Source: Candidatus Aenigmatarchaeota archaeon (GTDB lineage: Archaea > Aenigmatarchaeota > Aenigmatarchaeia > CG10238-14 > SpSt-28). From it: a stretch of 64,000 bases of DNA. Made by a program: the position numbers and the translations under genes. Numbering within the stretch: the first letter of the stretch is position 1; every line of letters begins with the position of its first letter. The stretch covers positions 11,473 to 75,472 of the forward strand of contig JAHLMO010000001.1 in NCBI GenBank assembly GCA_018920305.1. The letters run 5' to 3'. Below, piece after piece: positions 38,191 to 47,761 of this stretch. Below the pieces are notes generated by a model. That model was not told the origin of the DNA. It searched no databases and was given only the letters and a program-made list of their open reading frames with translations.

Positions 38191-40635
38191 TTAAAATTTA
38201 AAAAATTGGTGTAGAGATTTTTGTTTTGTGCCCTTAAGTATATCTGTTTCACTAATATTTAATATAGAAAGCACTCTTAAGGCAGCTGGTAAAATTTGGT
38301 TGTTTATATAATAATCGATATCTATATCTTCTTTTTTTGCAAATAAAACGTATTCTGCTTTTTCAGAAATACTACTACCATACTTTGTAATTACAAAAGG
38401 AATTATACTACCTTTAGATAGATTAATTCCTCTTTGAATAGCTTTTTTAGCAGCAATTACATGTGGGCTAATTTGTTTATATTCGCTTATATCTTTAGTT
38501 AATTGCTCATATATAGTAACATCTTCTAACTTAAAATCATAATTTTTTAATTTATTTATCTCATTCCTTACATAATCAATTGCTTTATTAACATCATTTT
38601 CTTTCAATATTATTTCTAAAACATTTCTTTGAATGTTTTTAGCTAACTTACACCAATCTCTTCGTACTGTCTCAAAACCCCTAATTTCTAATTCATTACT
38701 TTCGCTTAGAAGTGCATATCTTTTCTTTGCGCCTATCTCTTTTTCTCTCCTTTTAACAAAAATTCCCCTAATATAAAAACCTCTATATTCTAATTCCATT
38801 TTACCCTTTAAAGAATTATTAACAAGATTCAGAAAATTATTTGCAATCTCAATTAACTGCTCTCTTGTTAAATTTTTATTAGAAACCATTAATGAATCTG
38901 TATCTCCATATATTATCTCTAAATTAAACTTTTTTGCCATTTCTGAAATATTTTTTATATAAAATCTTTCAAAAGCAGTAACACTTTCTGCACACTCTCT
39001 TTTATACCATCTAGCACCTATATAACCTAAATATCCATAAGTTGCATTCGCTAGAATTTTCAAAGAATATTGAAAACTATCTAATAATTTATATTCCTCG
39101 CTGTTTTTATCTATATTTTTAAGAATTTTTTTAATTTTTGCTCTTTCTTCAATTAAAAATTCTAAATGTTTAGGAATAAAACCTTTTTTAAATGTACAAA
39201 AGTGATAATTCAACTCCGGAACTTTATTTTCTTCTTTACATTTTTGATGTTCACAATTAAAAGTATCTATAGATATGTTATGAGTAACTATAATACTAGG
39301 ATATAAAGATCTAAAATCAAAAACAATTATATTTTCATGTATTCCAGTTTTTGGTTCAAAGACAAAAGCACCTTTATATGGAGTTTTCAATCTTCTAATT
39401 TGTAATTCTTCGTGTTTTGGTTTATTTGGAGCTATTTGATTATCTTTAAATGCATTTTTTAATAAATATGCTTCAACTAATTGAGAATATGTATTTCTAC
39501 AAACATCGAACAAGCTTAAATAAGTTATTTTTGATAAAGATATTAGTTGAGGTAAGAAAATCTCTAATAATTTTAAAACTAATTCACAATCCCAAACATT
39601 ATATTCAATAATTTTTTCAACGTTTTTTCCCTCTTTAAATATTTTTTGCATTTCTTCAAAAGACATTTCTTTCTTTCCATATCCTAAAAATTCTTTTGCA
39701 ACTGCATCTAAAGTTAAAACTTCTGTTTTAATAGTTGGTGACAAAATATGATCTACATAAACATAAATATCTAAATAGACTCTTCCAGGAATTTTAAAGG
39801 TTTTTATCCAACCTCTCTTAACAGTTTTTATCTTCGAATTTTCTTTGCCTATATTTAATTCTATTCCATATTTTTCGGCTTTTTCTTTCAATAAAGGAAA
39901 ATCAAAACCATCAGTATTATATCCAGCTAAGATATCTGGATCTCTTTCTTTTACTATATCAACAAATTTTTTTATTAATTCTTTTTCAGTTTTAAATACT
40001 TCACAATTTTCTATCTTAAAACTTCCAAATTCCAAACTTAATGTTTTTTTAAATCCATCATTTCCAACAATTGAGATTAAAGCGATTTTTTGGGAATTTT
40101 TTTCTTCGAAAACTTCTATATCAAATGCATATATTTTCATTTTTGGAATTTTTTGAAGTTCTATCTTTTCAATTCTTGTTGCTAAAATTTTTTTATCTTT
40201 TTCTATTCCAACAACTTTAATCCAGGAAGATGGAGAAATGTCATTATCTATTAAAAATCTTCTATAAAAAGGTATATCATATTCAAACGTTTCTATAACT
40301 TCTTCAAAATTATCCTTAATATATTTTCTAACTTTTGGAACTTTTTTTGGATTGTTTATTACTATCTTTAAAACTTTTAACTCTTTTCCTAAAAATTCTT
40401 TTTTTTGAATTTCTATCTCTTCAATTTTTGCTCCAGCAATTTTTGTTTCTTTAATTTTTTCAATAAAAGACGGAATTTTCTCTTCTTCTACATATACATA
40501 AAAATATGGTAAAAAATTTTTATAATAAACTGTATAACTCTCACCATTCTCATCTTTACAAAAAATTCTTATAACTGGTTTTTCATCTTTTGTTATCAGA
40601 TAATCAATGTCCAAAATAAACACAAGTTTTTCCAT
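38191..40635 (-). CDS. polB: Family B DNA polymerase
   Basis: The Exo I motif is FDIEV. Polymerase motifs are A (DFRSLYPSII), B (K.LANATYG.LG) and C (YGDTDS). No intein insertion is present. Confidence 0.9.
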   Translation of the reverse strand: MEKLVFILDIDYLITKDEKPVIRIFCKDENGESYTVYYKNFLPYFYVYVEEEKIPSFIEKIKETKIAGAKIEEIEIQKKEFLGKELKVLKIVINNPKKVPKVRKYIKDNFEEVIETFEYDIPFYRRFLIDNDISPSSWIKVVGIEKDKKILATRIEKIELQKIPKMKIYAFDIEVFEEKNSQKIALISIVGNDGFKKTLSLEFGSFKIENCEVFKTEKELIKKFVDIVKERDPDILAGYNTDGFDFPLLKEKAEKYGIELNIGKENSKIKTVKRGWIKTFKIPGRVYLDIYVYVDHILSPTIKTEVLTLDAVAKEFLGYGKKEMSFEEMQKIFKEGKNVEKIIEYNVWDCELVLKLLEIFLPQLISLSKITYLSLFDVCRNTYSQLVEAYLLKNAFKDNQIAPNKPKHEELQIRRLKTPYKGAFVFEPKTGIHENIIVFDFRSLYPSIIVTHNISIDTFNCEHQKCKEENKVPELNYHFCTFKKGFIPKHLEFLIEERAKIKKILKNIDKNSEEYKLLDSFQYSLKILANATYGYLGYIGARWYKRECAESVTAFERFYIKNISEMAKKFNLEIIYGDTDSLMVSNKNLTREQLIEIANNFLNLVNNSLKGKMELEYRGFYIRGIFVKRREKEIGAKKRYALLSESNELEIRGFETVRRDWCKLAKNIQRNVLEIILKENDVNKAIDYVRNEINKLKNYDFKLEDVTIYEQLTKDISEYKQISPHVIAAKKAIQRGINLSKGSIIPFVITKYGSSISEKAEYVLFAKKEDIDIDYYINNQILPAALRVLSILNISETDILKGTKQKSLHQFFKF

Positions 40636-40661
40636 AAATAAGATGATTCATTAAAACAATT

Positions 40662-41351
40662 ATGAGAATAGCAATTTTATTTAGCGGTGGTAAAGATTCT
40701 ACTTACACAATTTTAAAATCTTTTGAAGATGGTTATAAAGTTAAATATTTATTTACTGTTAAACCTAAAAATAAAGATTCATATATGTTTCATTCAGTAG
40801 CATTAGATATAACTAAGATACAAGCAGAATTAATGAATATAAAGCACTTTTATATTGAAGTTAGTGGAGAAAAAGAAAAAGAAGTTGAAGAATTAATTGA
40901 AAAATTAAGAGAATTTTCTGAAGAAATCGATGCTATAGGAATAGGTGGAATTAAAAGTAAATATCAATATATTAGATTTAAAAAAGTATGTGATGAGTTA
41001 AATTTAAAACTATATATGCCTCTACATAATATCGATTGTGAAAAATATTGGAGACTTTTATTGGAAAAAAAATTTAAAATAATTATAACAAAAGTTAGTG
41101 CTGAAGGTTTAGATAAAGAGTTTTTAGGAAAAATTATAGATGAAAAAATTTTGAACGAATTAATAAATAAAAGTAAAAAATTTGGTTTCGATCTATGTTT
41201 TGAAGGCGGAGAAGCAGAGACTTTAGTACTTGATTGCCCTTTATTTAAAAGGGAAATTAAATTAAAAAAATTTAAACTGATATCTGAAAATCTTTCTCAT
41301 TTTCTAGAAATTGAAGATATAGAAATTGTAGATAAGTCAAATTCTTTATAA
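40662..41351 (+). CDS. PP-loop ATP pyrophosphatase of MJ0570/DUF71 family (diphthine-ammonia ligase Dph6-like)
   Basis: The PP-loop is ILFSGGKDST. The alpha/beta hydrolase-like C-terminus has EGGEAETLVLDCPLF, typical of the family. Confidence 0.7.
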   Translation: MRIAILFSGGKDSTYTILKSFEDGYKVKYLFTVKPKNKDSYMFHSVALDITKIQAELMNIKHFYIEVSGEKEKEVEELIEKLREFSEEIDAIGIGGIKSKYQYIRFKKVCDELNLKLYMPLHNIDCEKYWRLLLEKKFKIIITKVSAEGLDKEFLGKIIDEKILNELINKSKKFGFDLCFEGGEAETLVLDCPLFKREIKLKKFKLISENLSHFLEIEDIEIVDKSNSL

Positions 41352-42746
41352 AAGATAAATAATTAAAGAAGAAATGAAAAAGAAAAGAATTACTAAAACA
41401 AAATTTATTTTTAATATTTCTATTTCTTTTCCTTTTAATTCATCTATCATTGTAGTTATTGCTATTATATTAAATAAAGATATCATATTACCCAAACCCG
41501 CACCAATATTTTGTAAAGCCACTATTTTGTTAACATCTAAACCAAGTTCTAAAGCTATTTCTTTTTGAATATTTACAAAAGTTAAATTAGATAAAGTCGC
41601 AGAACCAAATATAAAAGCACCAAAAATTCCTATCAAGGGAGCAATGAAAAAATAAACATCTTTATCAATTTTCACTAGATGTTGATTTATTATATCTAAT
41701 ACGCTCGGTGAATTAGTAGAATTTCTTCCAGAAAAAGTTAAATAACTTGAAAGAAAAGACAAGAAAAATATTATTAGAAATAATTTTAGAGATTTGTTTA
41801 ATAAATCTAAGCTCTCATTATATATTTTTATTTTTTCTTCTCTTTCTTTTAAAATGATTAAAATTAAAGAAATTAATAAAACTATTGGAGCTATGTTAAA
41901 ATTAGATAATATCTTATTTATTAATTCTACATTTAAAAACTTCAAGAAGACAAAAGCTATTATAGAAATAAAGAAAGGGTAAAAAACTTTTAAAAAATTT
42001 TTAAAAATAGTAACATTTTCGATGAATAAATAAATAATAGCTCCTAGAGCTGCAAAAATTATCGTAAAGACAAAAAAATCTGTTCTAGATATAGCAAAGA
42101 CAATTAAAGAAAAAATTGAGAAAGCAATTATTATTTTAACTATTTCGTTAAAATTAATATTTTCTTTTTTCTCTAACTTTGTATATAGAAAATAAGAAGA
42201 AAAAAGTATGAAAAAAGCTAGTATAGAAAAAACATACCCAACTAATTTAACAAATTCTAAACTTTCTAAACCTTTATTACCAATAATAATAGGTGTTGCA
42301 AAAGCTCCAAAAGTCGAGTACGAATCAGAAATAAGAGAAACTGAAGCAGAAAGCACTGGATTAAAATTAAGATTATAAAGAGTTTTTGTACATATCATTC
42401 CTGGTGTTCCGAATCCAACTAAACCTTCAAGTAATATAGTTAAGAAAACTCCAATAGTTATGAAAACTAAAAAGTTTTTCTGCTTAAAAGAAAGGAAAAA
42501 ACTCTTATTTTCTTTTTCTACTATTTTAAATAGTAATAGCAAAGAAAAGACTAACAAAAAAACTCTAAAAGCAGTAAATAATGAGTCTAAATTCGCAATT
42601 AAAATTTCATGAAAATAAACTCCATAAATAAACGAAATAAAAAGCGTTATTAAATAAGTTATTAAAGATGCTTTGAATAAGTCTCTTAAAAGTAGGATAG
42701 AAAGAAAAATAGCTAAAAATGGTAATAATACTATAATATAAATCAT
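41346..42746 (-). CDS. Polytopic membrane permease of 466 aa, family unclear
   Basis: It has at least 12 hydrophobic segments with internal symmetry, and no diagnostic motif was recognised. Confidence 0.45.
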   Translation of the reverse strand: MIYIIVLLPFLAIFLSILLLRDLFKASLITYLITLFISFIYGVYFHEILIANLDSLFTAFRVFLLVFSLLLLFKIVEKENKSFFLSFKQKNFLVFITIGVFLTILLEGLVGFGTPGMICTKTLYNLNFNPVLSASVSLISDSYSTFGAFATPIIIGNKGLESLEFVKLVGYVFSILAFFILFSSYFLYTKLEKKENINFNEIVKIIIAFSIFSLIVFAISRTDFFVFTIIFAALGAIIYLFIENVTIFKNFLKVFYPFFISIIAFVFLKFLNVELINKILSNFNIAPIVLLISLILIILKEREEKIKIYNESLDLLNKSLKLFLIIFFLSFLSSYLTFSGRNSTNSPSVLDIINQHLVKIDKDVYFFIAPLIGIFGAFIFGSATLSNLTFVNIQKEIALELGLDVNKIVALQNIGAGLGNMISLFNIIAITTMIDELKGKEIEILKINFVLVILFFFISSLIIYLL

Positions 42747-42767
42747 ATAAAGATTAAGAGAAAAAAT

Positions 42768-43082
42768 TTAAATTACCTTAATCTTCACATCGATTTCATT
42801 ACCAAAATCAATCCTCATAATTTGTTTTAGCACTCTCTCATCTGGCTGTAAATAAATTAATCTTTTATGTATTCTCATCTCCCAAACTTCCCAAGTTGCA
42901 TTTCCATGACCAGTACCATCTTTAATATTTGCCATCGTATAAACTTTTAATCTTTTTGTTGGTAATGGTATTGGACCTTTAAACATTATTCCGTGCTTCT
43001 TTGCTATACTAATAATTTCATTTGTAACTCTCTGTAATTCTTCTAAATTTCTACTTGCTAACTTTATTATTACCTTATCCAT
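42768..43082 (-). CDS. rps10: Ribosomal protein uS10
   Basis: IKLASRNLEELQRVTNEIISIAKKHG...KGPIPLPTKRLKVYT...WEMRIHKRLI is the uS10 signature. Confidence 0.8.
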   Translation of the reverse strand: MDKVIIKLASRNLEELQRVTNEIISIAKKHGIMFKGPIPLPTKRLKVYTMANIKDGTGHGNATWEVWEMRIHKRLIYLQPDERVLKQIMRIDFGNEIDVKIKVI

Positions 43083-43242
43083 ATATTACTTATTAAACTA
43101 TCAAAAATATATTATTTTAGATCAAATTTAAGGTGTTTATTGATGCTTATTTATATAATTTTTTGTAGAAATCTATATATATTAAAAACAGAAAAATATT
43201 TATTTTTATCGATAAAAAACAAATTTACTTCAAAGTAATAAC

Positions 43243-44331
43243 ATGGAAATACAAAAATCAAAATGTAAAGTTTGCGGAAGCGAAAACATAATTTTTGATT
43301 CAAGTAGAGGCGAATATCTCTGTCAAAATTGTGGAGCTGTCCTAGAAGATTATGTCATTGATTTATCTCAAGAATGGAGAGCTTTTAGTAGCGAACAATT
43401 AGAAAGAAGAGCAAGAACAGGTAGTCCATTGTCTATTGTTAAACATGATAAAGGATTATCAACACAAGTTGGAAAGGGAACAGCAGAGCTATATAAGGTT
43501 CCTACCGAAAAAAGATTTCAATACTATAGATTAACTCAATGGAGTAAAAGGTTGTCGACTTCAAAAGACAGAAACATAAGTTATGCATTATCAGAATTAC
43601 AAAGAATTGTATCTTCATTACAGCTTCCGAAAACTGTTTTAGAAAGAGCTGCAATGTATTACGAACAGTTAATAAGTAGAGGTGCAATAAGAGGAAGAAG
43701 TCTAGAAGGTATAATTGCTTCTTTAGTCTATTATGCTGCAAAAGAATTACATACACCAAGAACATTTGATGAAATCGCTGAAGTTGTTGGAATAGATAAA
43801 AGAGAATTAGGAAGAGTATATAGATATGTTGCAAGAGAACTTGGATTAAGAATATTGCCAGCAGATGCGAGAGATTTTATACCTAGATTCTGTAGTTTAA
43901 TAAATGTAAGTGAAAAAGTTCAAAAAAGAGCATTAGAATTATTAGAGCAAGCAGAGAAAGCTGGAATTGTAAGTGGAAAAGGTCCAACAGGAATCGCTGC
44001 TGCTGTAATATTTATTGCATCCTTATTAGAAGGAGAAAGAAGAACTCAAAGAGAAATTGCTGAAAAATGTAAACTAACTGAAGTAACAATAAGAAATAGA
44101 TATAAGGAAATTGTTGAGAGATTAGGATTAGAAAATATTATAAAAGAAAAAGAGGCTGAATTGGAAAAAGAAGAAACTATAGAAAAGAAAATAGAGAAAA
44201 AAGAGGAAAAAGTTATAATACCATTAATAAAAAAGAAAGAAGAGAAAAAAGAGGAAAAAAAGATAGGAAAAAAAGAGAAGAAAAAAGAAAAGAAGGTTAA
44301 GAAGAAAAAAAGCAAAAAAGTTAAAAAGTAG
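43243..44331 (+). CDS. tfb: Transcription initiation factor TFB with a Lys/Glu-rich C-terminal extension
   Basis: The N-terminal zinc ribbon is CKVCGSENIIFDSSRGEYLCQNCG. It is followed by the B-reader/linker, two cyclin folds and a recognition helix (KLTEVTIRNRYKEI). The last roughly 60 aa are low-complexity KE repeats (KKEEKKEEKKIGKKEKKKEKKVKKKKSKKVKK). Confidence 0.9.
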   Translation: MEIQKSKCKVCGSENIIFDSSRGEYLCQNCGAVLEDYVIDLSQEWRAFSSEQLERRARTGSPLSIVKHDKGLSTQVGKGTAELYKVPTEKRFQYYRLTQWSKRLSTSKDRNISYALSELQRIVSSLQLPKTVLERAAMYYEQLISRGAIRGRSLEGIIASLVYYAAKELHTPRTFDEIAEVVGIDKRELGRVYRYVARELGLRILPADARDFIPRFCSLINVSEKVQKRALELLEQAEKAGIVSGKGPTGIAAAVIFIASLLEGERRTQREIAEKCKLTEVTIRNRYKEIVERLGLENIIKEKEAELEKEETIEKKIEKKEEKVIIPLIKKKEEKKEEKKIGKKEKKKEKKVKKKKSKKVKK

Positions 44332-44347
44332 AAATAAGAAAATTTAT

Positions 44348-45994
44348 ATGAAGTATTTAGTAACTTCTGCGCTACCCTATACAAACAATTTACCACACAT
44401 AGGAAACATAGCTGGATCTCATTTGCCTGCTGATATCTTTCAAAAATTATTAAGAATTTTTGGATATGATGTTCTTTTTGTTGGAGGTACAGATGAGCAT
44501 GGAAGCCCAATTGAAATAGCTGCAATAAAAGAAAAGACAACTCCAAAAGAATTGTGTGATAAGTACTACGTTTTACACAAAAAAATTTATGAGTGGTTAA
44601 GAATTGATTACGATAACTTTTCAAGAACTTCTAATAAGACTAATCACGAAATGACTCAGTATATCTTTAATAAATTATACGAAAACAAGTATATTTTTGA
44701 AGATAAAATAATTTTACCATATTGTGAAAATGATAAAAAATTTTTGCCAGATAGATATGTTGAGGGTACATGTCCATATTGTAAATATGAAAGAGCAAGA
44801 GGAGATCAATGCGAAAATTGCGGAAGATTATTAGATCCAAAAGATTTGATAAATCCTAAGTGTTCTATTTGTGGAAATAGACCTATATTTAAAGAGTCAA
44901 AACACTTATTTATCGATTTAAGAAAATTAGAAAAAAAACTATTAAAATGGATTAATAAGAATAAACATTGGAAAGAAAATGTAAGAAATTTTGCTATAAG
45001 CTGGATCAAAGAAGGATTAAAACCAAGAAGTATTACTAGAGATTTAAGTTGGGGTATAAAAGTTCCACTGGAAGGATACGAAGATAAAGTTTTTTACGTT
45101 TGGTTTGATGCTCCAATAGGTTATATTTCATCAACAAAAGAATATTTCGAAAAAATTGGAAAAGAAGAAGAATGGAAAAATTATTGGCTAAAAGGATCTA
45201 AAGCAAAAATATATCATTTTTTAGGAAAAGATAATATTCCTTTTCATACTATATTTTGGCCTGCAATCTTAATGGGAACTAAGGAATTTAATTTGCCTTA
45301 TAATGTTGTTGGTTTAGAATATCTTAATTTTGAAAACAGAAAAATATCTAAAAGTCAAAATTGGGGTGTATTTTTTGAAATAGAAAATGATAAAATTTTT
45401 ATAAGAATTAAAGATAAACTATATGAAATCGATAGCGATTATATAAGATTTTATTTAGCTTATATTTTACCAGAAAATAAGGATACAAATTTTTTTGTTG
45501 AAGAATTTAAAGAAAAAATTAATAAAGAACTTATTGGGAATTTTGGAAACTTTACCTATAGAGTCTTAAGTTTTATTGAAAAATATTATTCACTAAAAAT
45601 TCCAAATGCTAAATTAAATAAAGAAGATAAGAAAATTTTAAATATATTTAAAGAATCAAAAAAGGAAATAAAAATTTTTATTAAAAATGTTGAAATAAAA
45701 AAAGTATTATATAAAATTTTAGAATTATCATCGATGGCAAATAAATTTTTCCAAGAAAACGAACCATGGAAAAATGAAAAAAATAGAGATAAGATTATAA
45801 TGATTAGTGCAAATTTAGTTAAAGATTTAGCTATTTTATTCTGGCCCTTTATAACAAAAGGTTCAGAAAAAATATTTGATCTGCTTAATTATAATTTTAA
45901 ACCACAAAATTCAATTAAAAGAATTGGAAAAATAGAATTAAAAAATCACATAATTAAAAAACCTGAAATTATATTTAAGCCTTTAGAAATTTAA
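44348..45994 (+). CDS. metG: Methionyl-tRNA synthetase
   Basis: The HIGH motif is PHIGNIAGSH and the KMSKS motif is KISKSQ. The CP1 zinc knuckle is CPYCKYERARGDQCENCG. Confidence 0.9.
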   Translation: MKYLVTSALPYTNNLPHIGNIAGSHLPADIFQKLLRIFGYDVLFVGGTDEHGSPIEIAAIKEKTTPKELCDKYYVLHKKIYEWLRIDYDNFSRTSNKTNHEMTQYIFNKLYENKYIFEDKIILPYCENDKKFLPDRYVEGTCPYCKYERARGDQCENCGRLLDPKDLINPKCSICGNRPIFKESKHLFIDLRKLEKKLLKWINKNKHWKENVRNFAISWIKEGLKPRSITRDLSWGIKVPLEGYEDKVFYVWFDAPIGYISSTKEYFEKIGKEEEWKNYWLKGSKAKIYHFLGKDNIPFHTIFWPAILMGTKEFNLPYNVVGLEYLNFENRKISKSQNWGVFFEIENDKIFIRIKDKLYEIDSDYIRFYLAYILPENKDTNFFVEEFKEKINKELIGNFGNFTYRVLSFIEKYYSLKIPNAKLNKEDKKILNIFKESKKEIKIFIKNVEIKKVLYKILELSSMANKFFQENEPWKNEKNRDKIIMISANLVKDLAILFWPFITKGSEKIFDLLNYNFKPQNSIKRIGKIELKNHIIKKPEIIFKPLEI

Positions 45995-46003
45995 TAATTT
46001 AGC

Positions 46004-46717
46004 TCAATCTTTTTTATACTTTGGAATGTTTTTTAATGCATCAAACATTGCTTGAATTAAGTTCATATGCTGTTTAGTTCTTCCAAAAGTTTTACTCCAT
46101 ACATCTTTTATTCCAGCAAGTCTTAGCAATTTTTTACTTTCATCATCTACAACTAATCCAGTACCTTTTGGAGCTGGAATTAATATTACCTTTACACTTC
46201 CACTTTTTCCATAAGTTTTCCACGGAATAGAATGTTCTTCTTTACACCAACATTCCCAGCTTCCACAACCTCTATAAACCTTTATAATATTTAATTTTGC
46301 TTTTCTAACTGCTTTTAAATATGCACTTCTTCCATCTTTTGCTTTTCCTCTTCCTATACCTACATGCCCATTTTCATCTCCAACAATAACCATTACAGAA
46401 TATCTTATTCTTCTTCCACTTGCCGTTACTTTTTGACTTCTTTTTATTGGAATTCTCTTACCAGCACCTCCTTTAGTTCCTCCCTTTCCAACTAATACTG
46501 GCTCTATTTTTAAATTTGGTAATAGAATATCCACTATTTCTGGCTCTAATATTTTTAAATTCTTCTCAAGAATCTCATCTATACTTTTTATTTTTCCCTC
46601 TAAAACTAACTTACCTAGCTTAGTTCTAGGTTTCCAATTAGCCAAAGATTCAGGTAGTGGTAATTTTATTTCCTCAGTTTGTTCTATTTGGTCTTGAACT
46701 TCTTCTACATTAACCAT
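46004..46717 (-). CDS. rps5: Ribosomal protein uS5
   Basis: It has the dsRBD-like N-domain (WKPRTKLGKLVLEGKI) and the C-terminal block (VTASGRRIRYSVMVIVGDENGHVGIGRGKAKD...PAPKGTGLV). Confidence 0.85.
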   Translation of the reverse strand: MVNVEEVQDQIEQTEEIKLPLPESLANWKPRTKLGKLVLEGKIKSIDEILEKNLKILEPEIVDILLPNLKIEPVLVGKGGTKGGAGKRIPIKRSQKVTASGRRIRYSVMVIVGDENGHVGIGRGKAKDGRSAYLKAVRKAKLNIIKVYRGCGSWECWCKEEHSIPWKTYGKSGSVKVILIPAPKGTGLVVDDESKKLLRLAGIKDVWSKTFGRTKQHMNLIQAMFDALKNIPKYKKD

Positions 46718-47237
46718 AATCTTTTAATATTTGTTCCTTAACTTTATAAAAATCATTTGTTATATTTTTAAACTTTTCTATATAACTAGCTATATGTCTT
46801 CCTTCTATTCTATCTTGCGAAGGTAATATTTTTTCGTTATGTGGAATTTTTAATCCAGCATCTATAGCACCTTTTAAAACTGCATATATTCTATTTCCTT
46901 TTGTACTTCTATTTAATCCTATATCTAATATTGCTTCTTGAATGTTATTTTTCAATGCTAGCTTACCAATTATTAATCCAGTTAAATAAGCTGCAGGCAA
47001 ATTTTTACAAGAATATTGCCAATTATATTTATCTTTTAATATTTTTGAAGTTATGCCAATTATCGTATAATCTTGAGCCTCTTTAGATTTAACTAATTGT
47101 GCAATAATATATTTATTTGTTTTTCTTACAACTAATCTTATTTTTCCGCTTTTTAACAAACCAATTCTTTGTCTATAGTCTGTTTTAAACTTTCTTCTTC
47201 TTCTGTATGGCATTTTATAAGTAGTTTTTTGAACCAT
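46710..47237 (-). CDS. rpl18: Ribosomal protein uL18
   Basis: YRRRRKFKTDYRQRIGLLKSGKIRLVVRKTNKYIIAQLV matches uL18 (L18P/L5e). Confidence 0.85.
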   Translation of the reverse strand: MVQKTTYKMPYRRRRKFKTDYRQRIGLLKSGKIRLVVRKTNKYIIAQLVKSKEAQDYTIIGITSKILKDKYNWQYSCKNLPAAYLTGLIIGKLALKNNIQEAILDIGLNRSTKGNRIYAVLKGAIDAGLKIPHNEKILPSQDRIEGRHIASYIEKFKNITNDFYKVKEQILKDYG

Positions 47238-47238
47238 T

Positions 47239-47658
47239 CTATTCTTTTTCTTTTATTAATTTATGTGTTTCAATATACAGTTTTAAATGAGAAACGTTTC
47301 TAAAAAATCCCCCTTTAGCTAAACTTCTTAACTTTTTATATGTTTGATTATCTATTTTTCCTTCCTCTTTTAATTTCTTTAAAAATCTTCTTATTGGTCT
47401 AATTCTGTTTATCCATTGTCTTTTTCGAGAAATTATAGAATATTTGCCGCCTTTTCTTACATGTTTTTTTTCTTTTTTATCTTTTCTCTCTAAAAAATCT
47501 TTTTTAACTTTAACTATTCCTCTAAATATTAATTTTTTTACATCAGCTGCAGTAATTGCTTTTTCTGCCTCTTTAATTTGAGATGGGTCTATCCATACTT
47601 TACTCTTTCCAACTTTTAATATTCTAGCTGCTAACCTTTTAACAGTTTCTAATGCCAT
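47239..47658 (-). CDS. rpl19e: Ribosomal protein eL19
   Basis: ALETVKRLAARILKVGKSKVWIDP... and a basic C-terminal helix are typical of eL19. Confidence 0.85.
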   Translation of the reverse strand: MALETVKRLAARILKVGKSKVWIDPSQIKEAEKAITAADVKKLIFRGIVKVKKDFLERKDKKEKKHVRKGGKYSIISRKRQWINRIRPIRRFLKKLKEEGKIDNQTYKKLRSLAKGGFFRNVSHLKLYIETHKLIKEKE

Positions 47659-47761
47659 TATTATATTTAATTTTTTAAATTTTTAATATAAGAAACTTCA
47701 ACATATTATAGAATATCGAATAAACTTTACCCAAAATAATATAAAAAACAAAATTTAATTT

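Noticed and set aside
39845-40156. A 103-aa plus-strand ORF inside polB
   Set aside because: It is antisense to the family-B polymerase coding sequence.
44046-44624. A 192-aa minus-strand ORF with a low-complexity F/S-rich translation
   Set aside because: It is antisense to the purine-rich KE-tail codons of tfb and the 5' end of metG, and its compositional bias marks it as an artefact.
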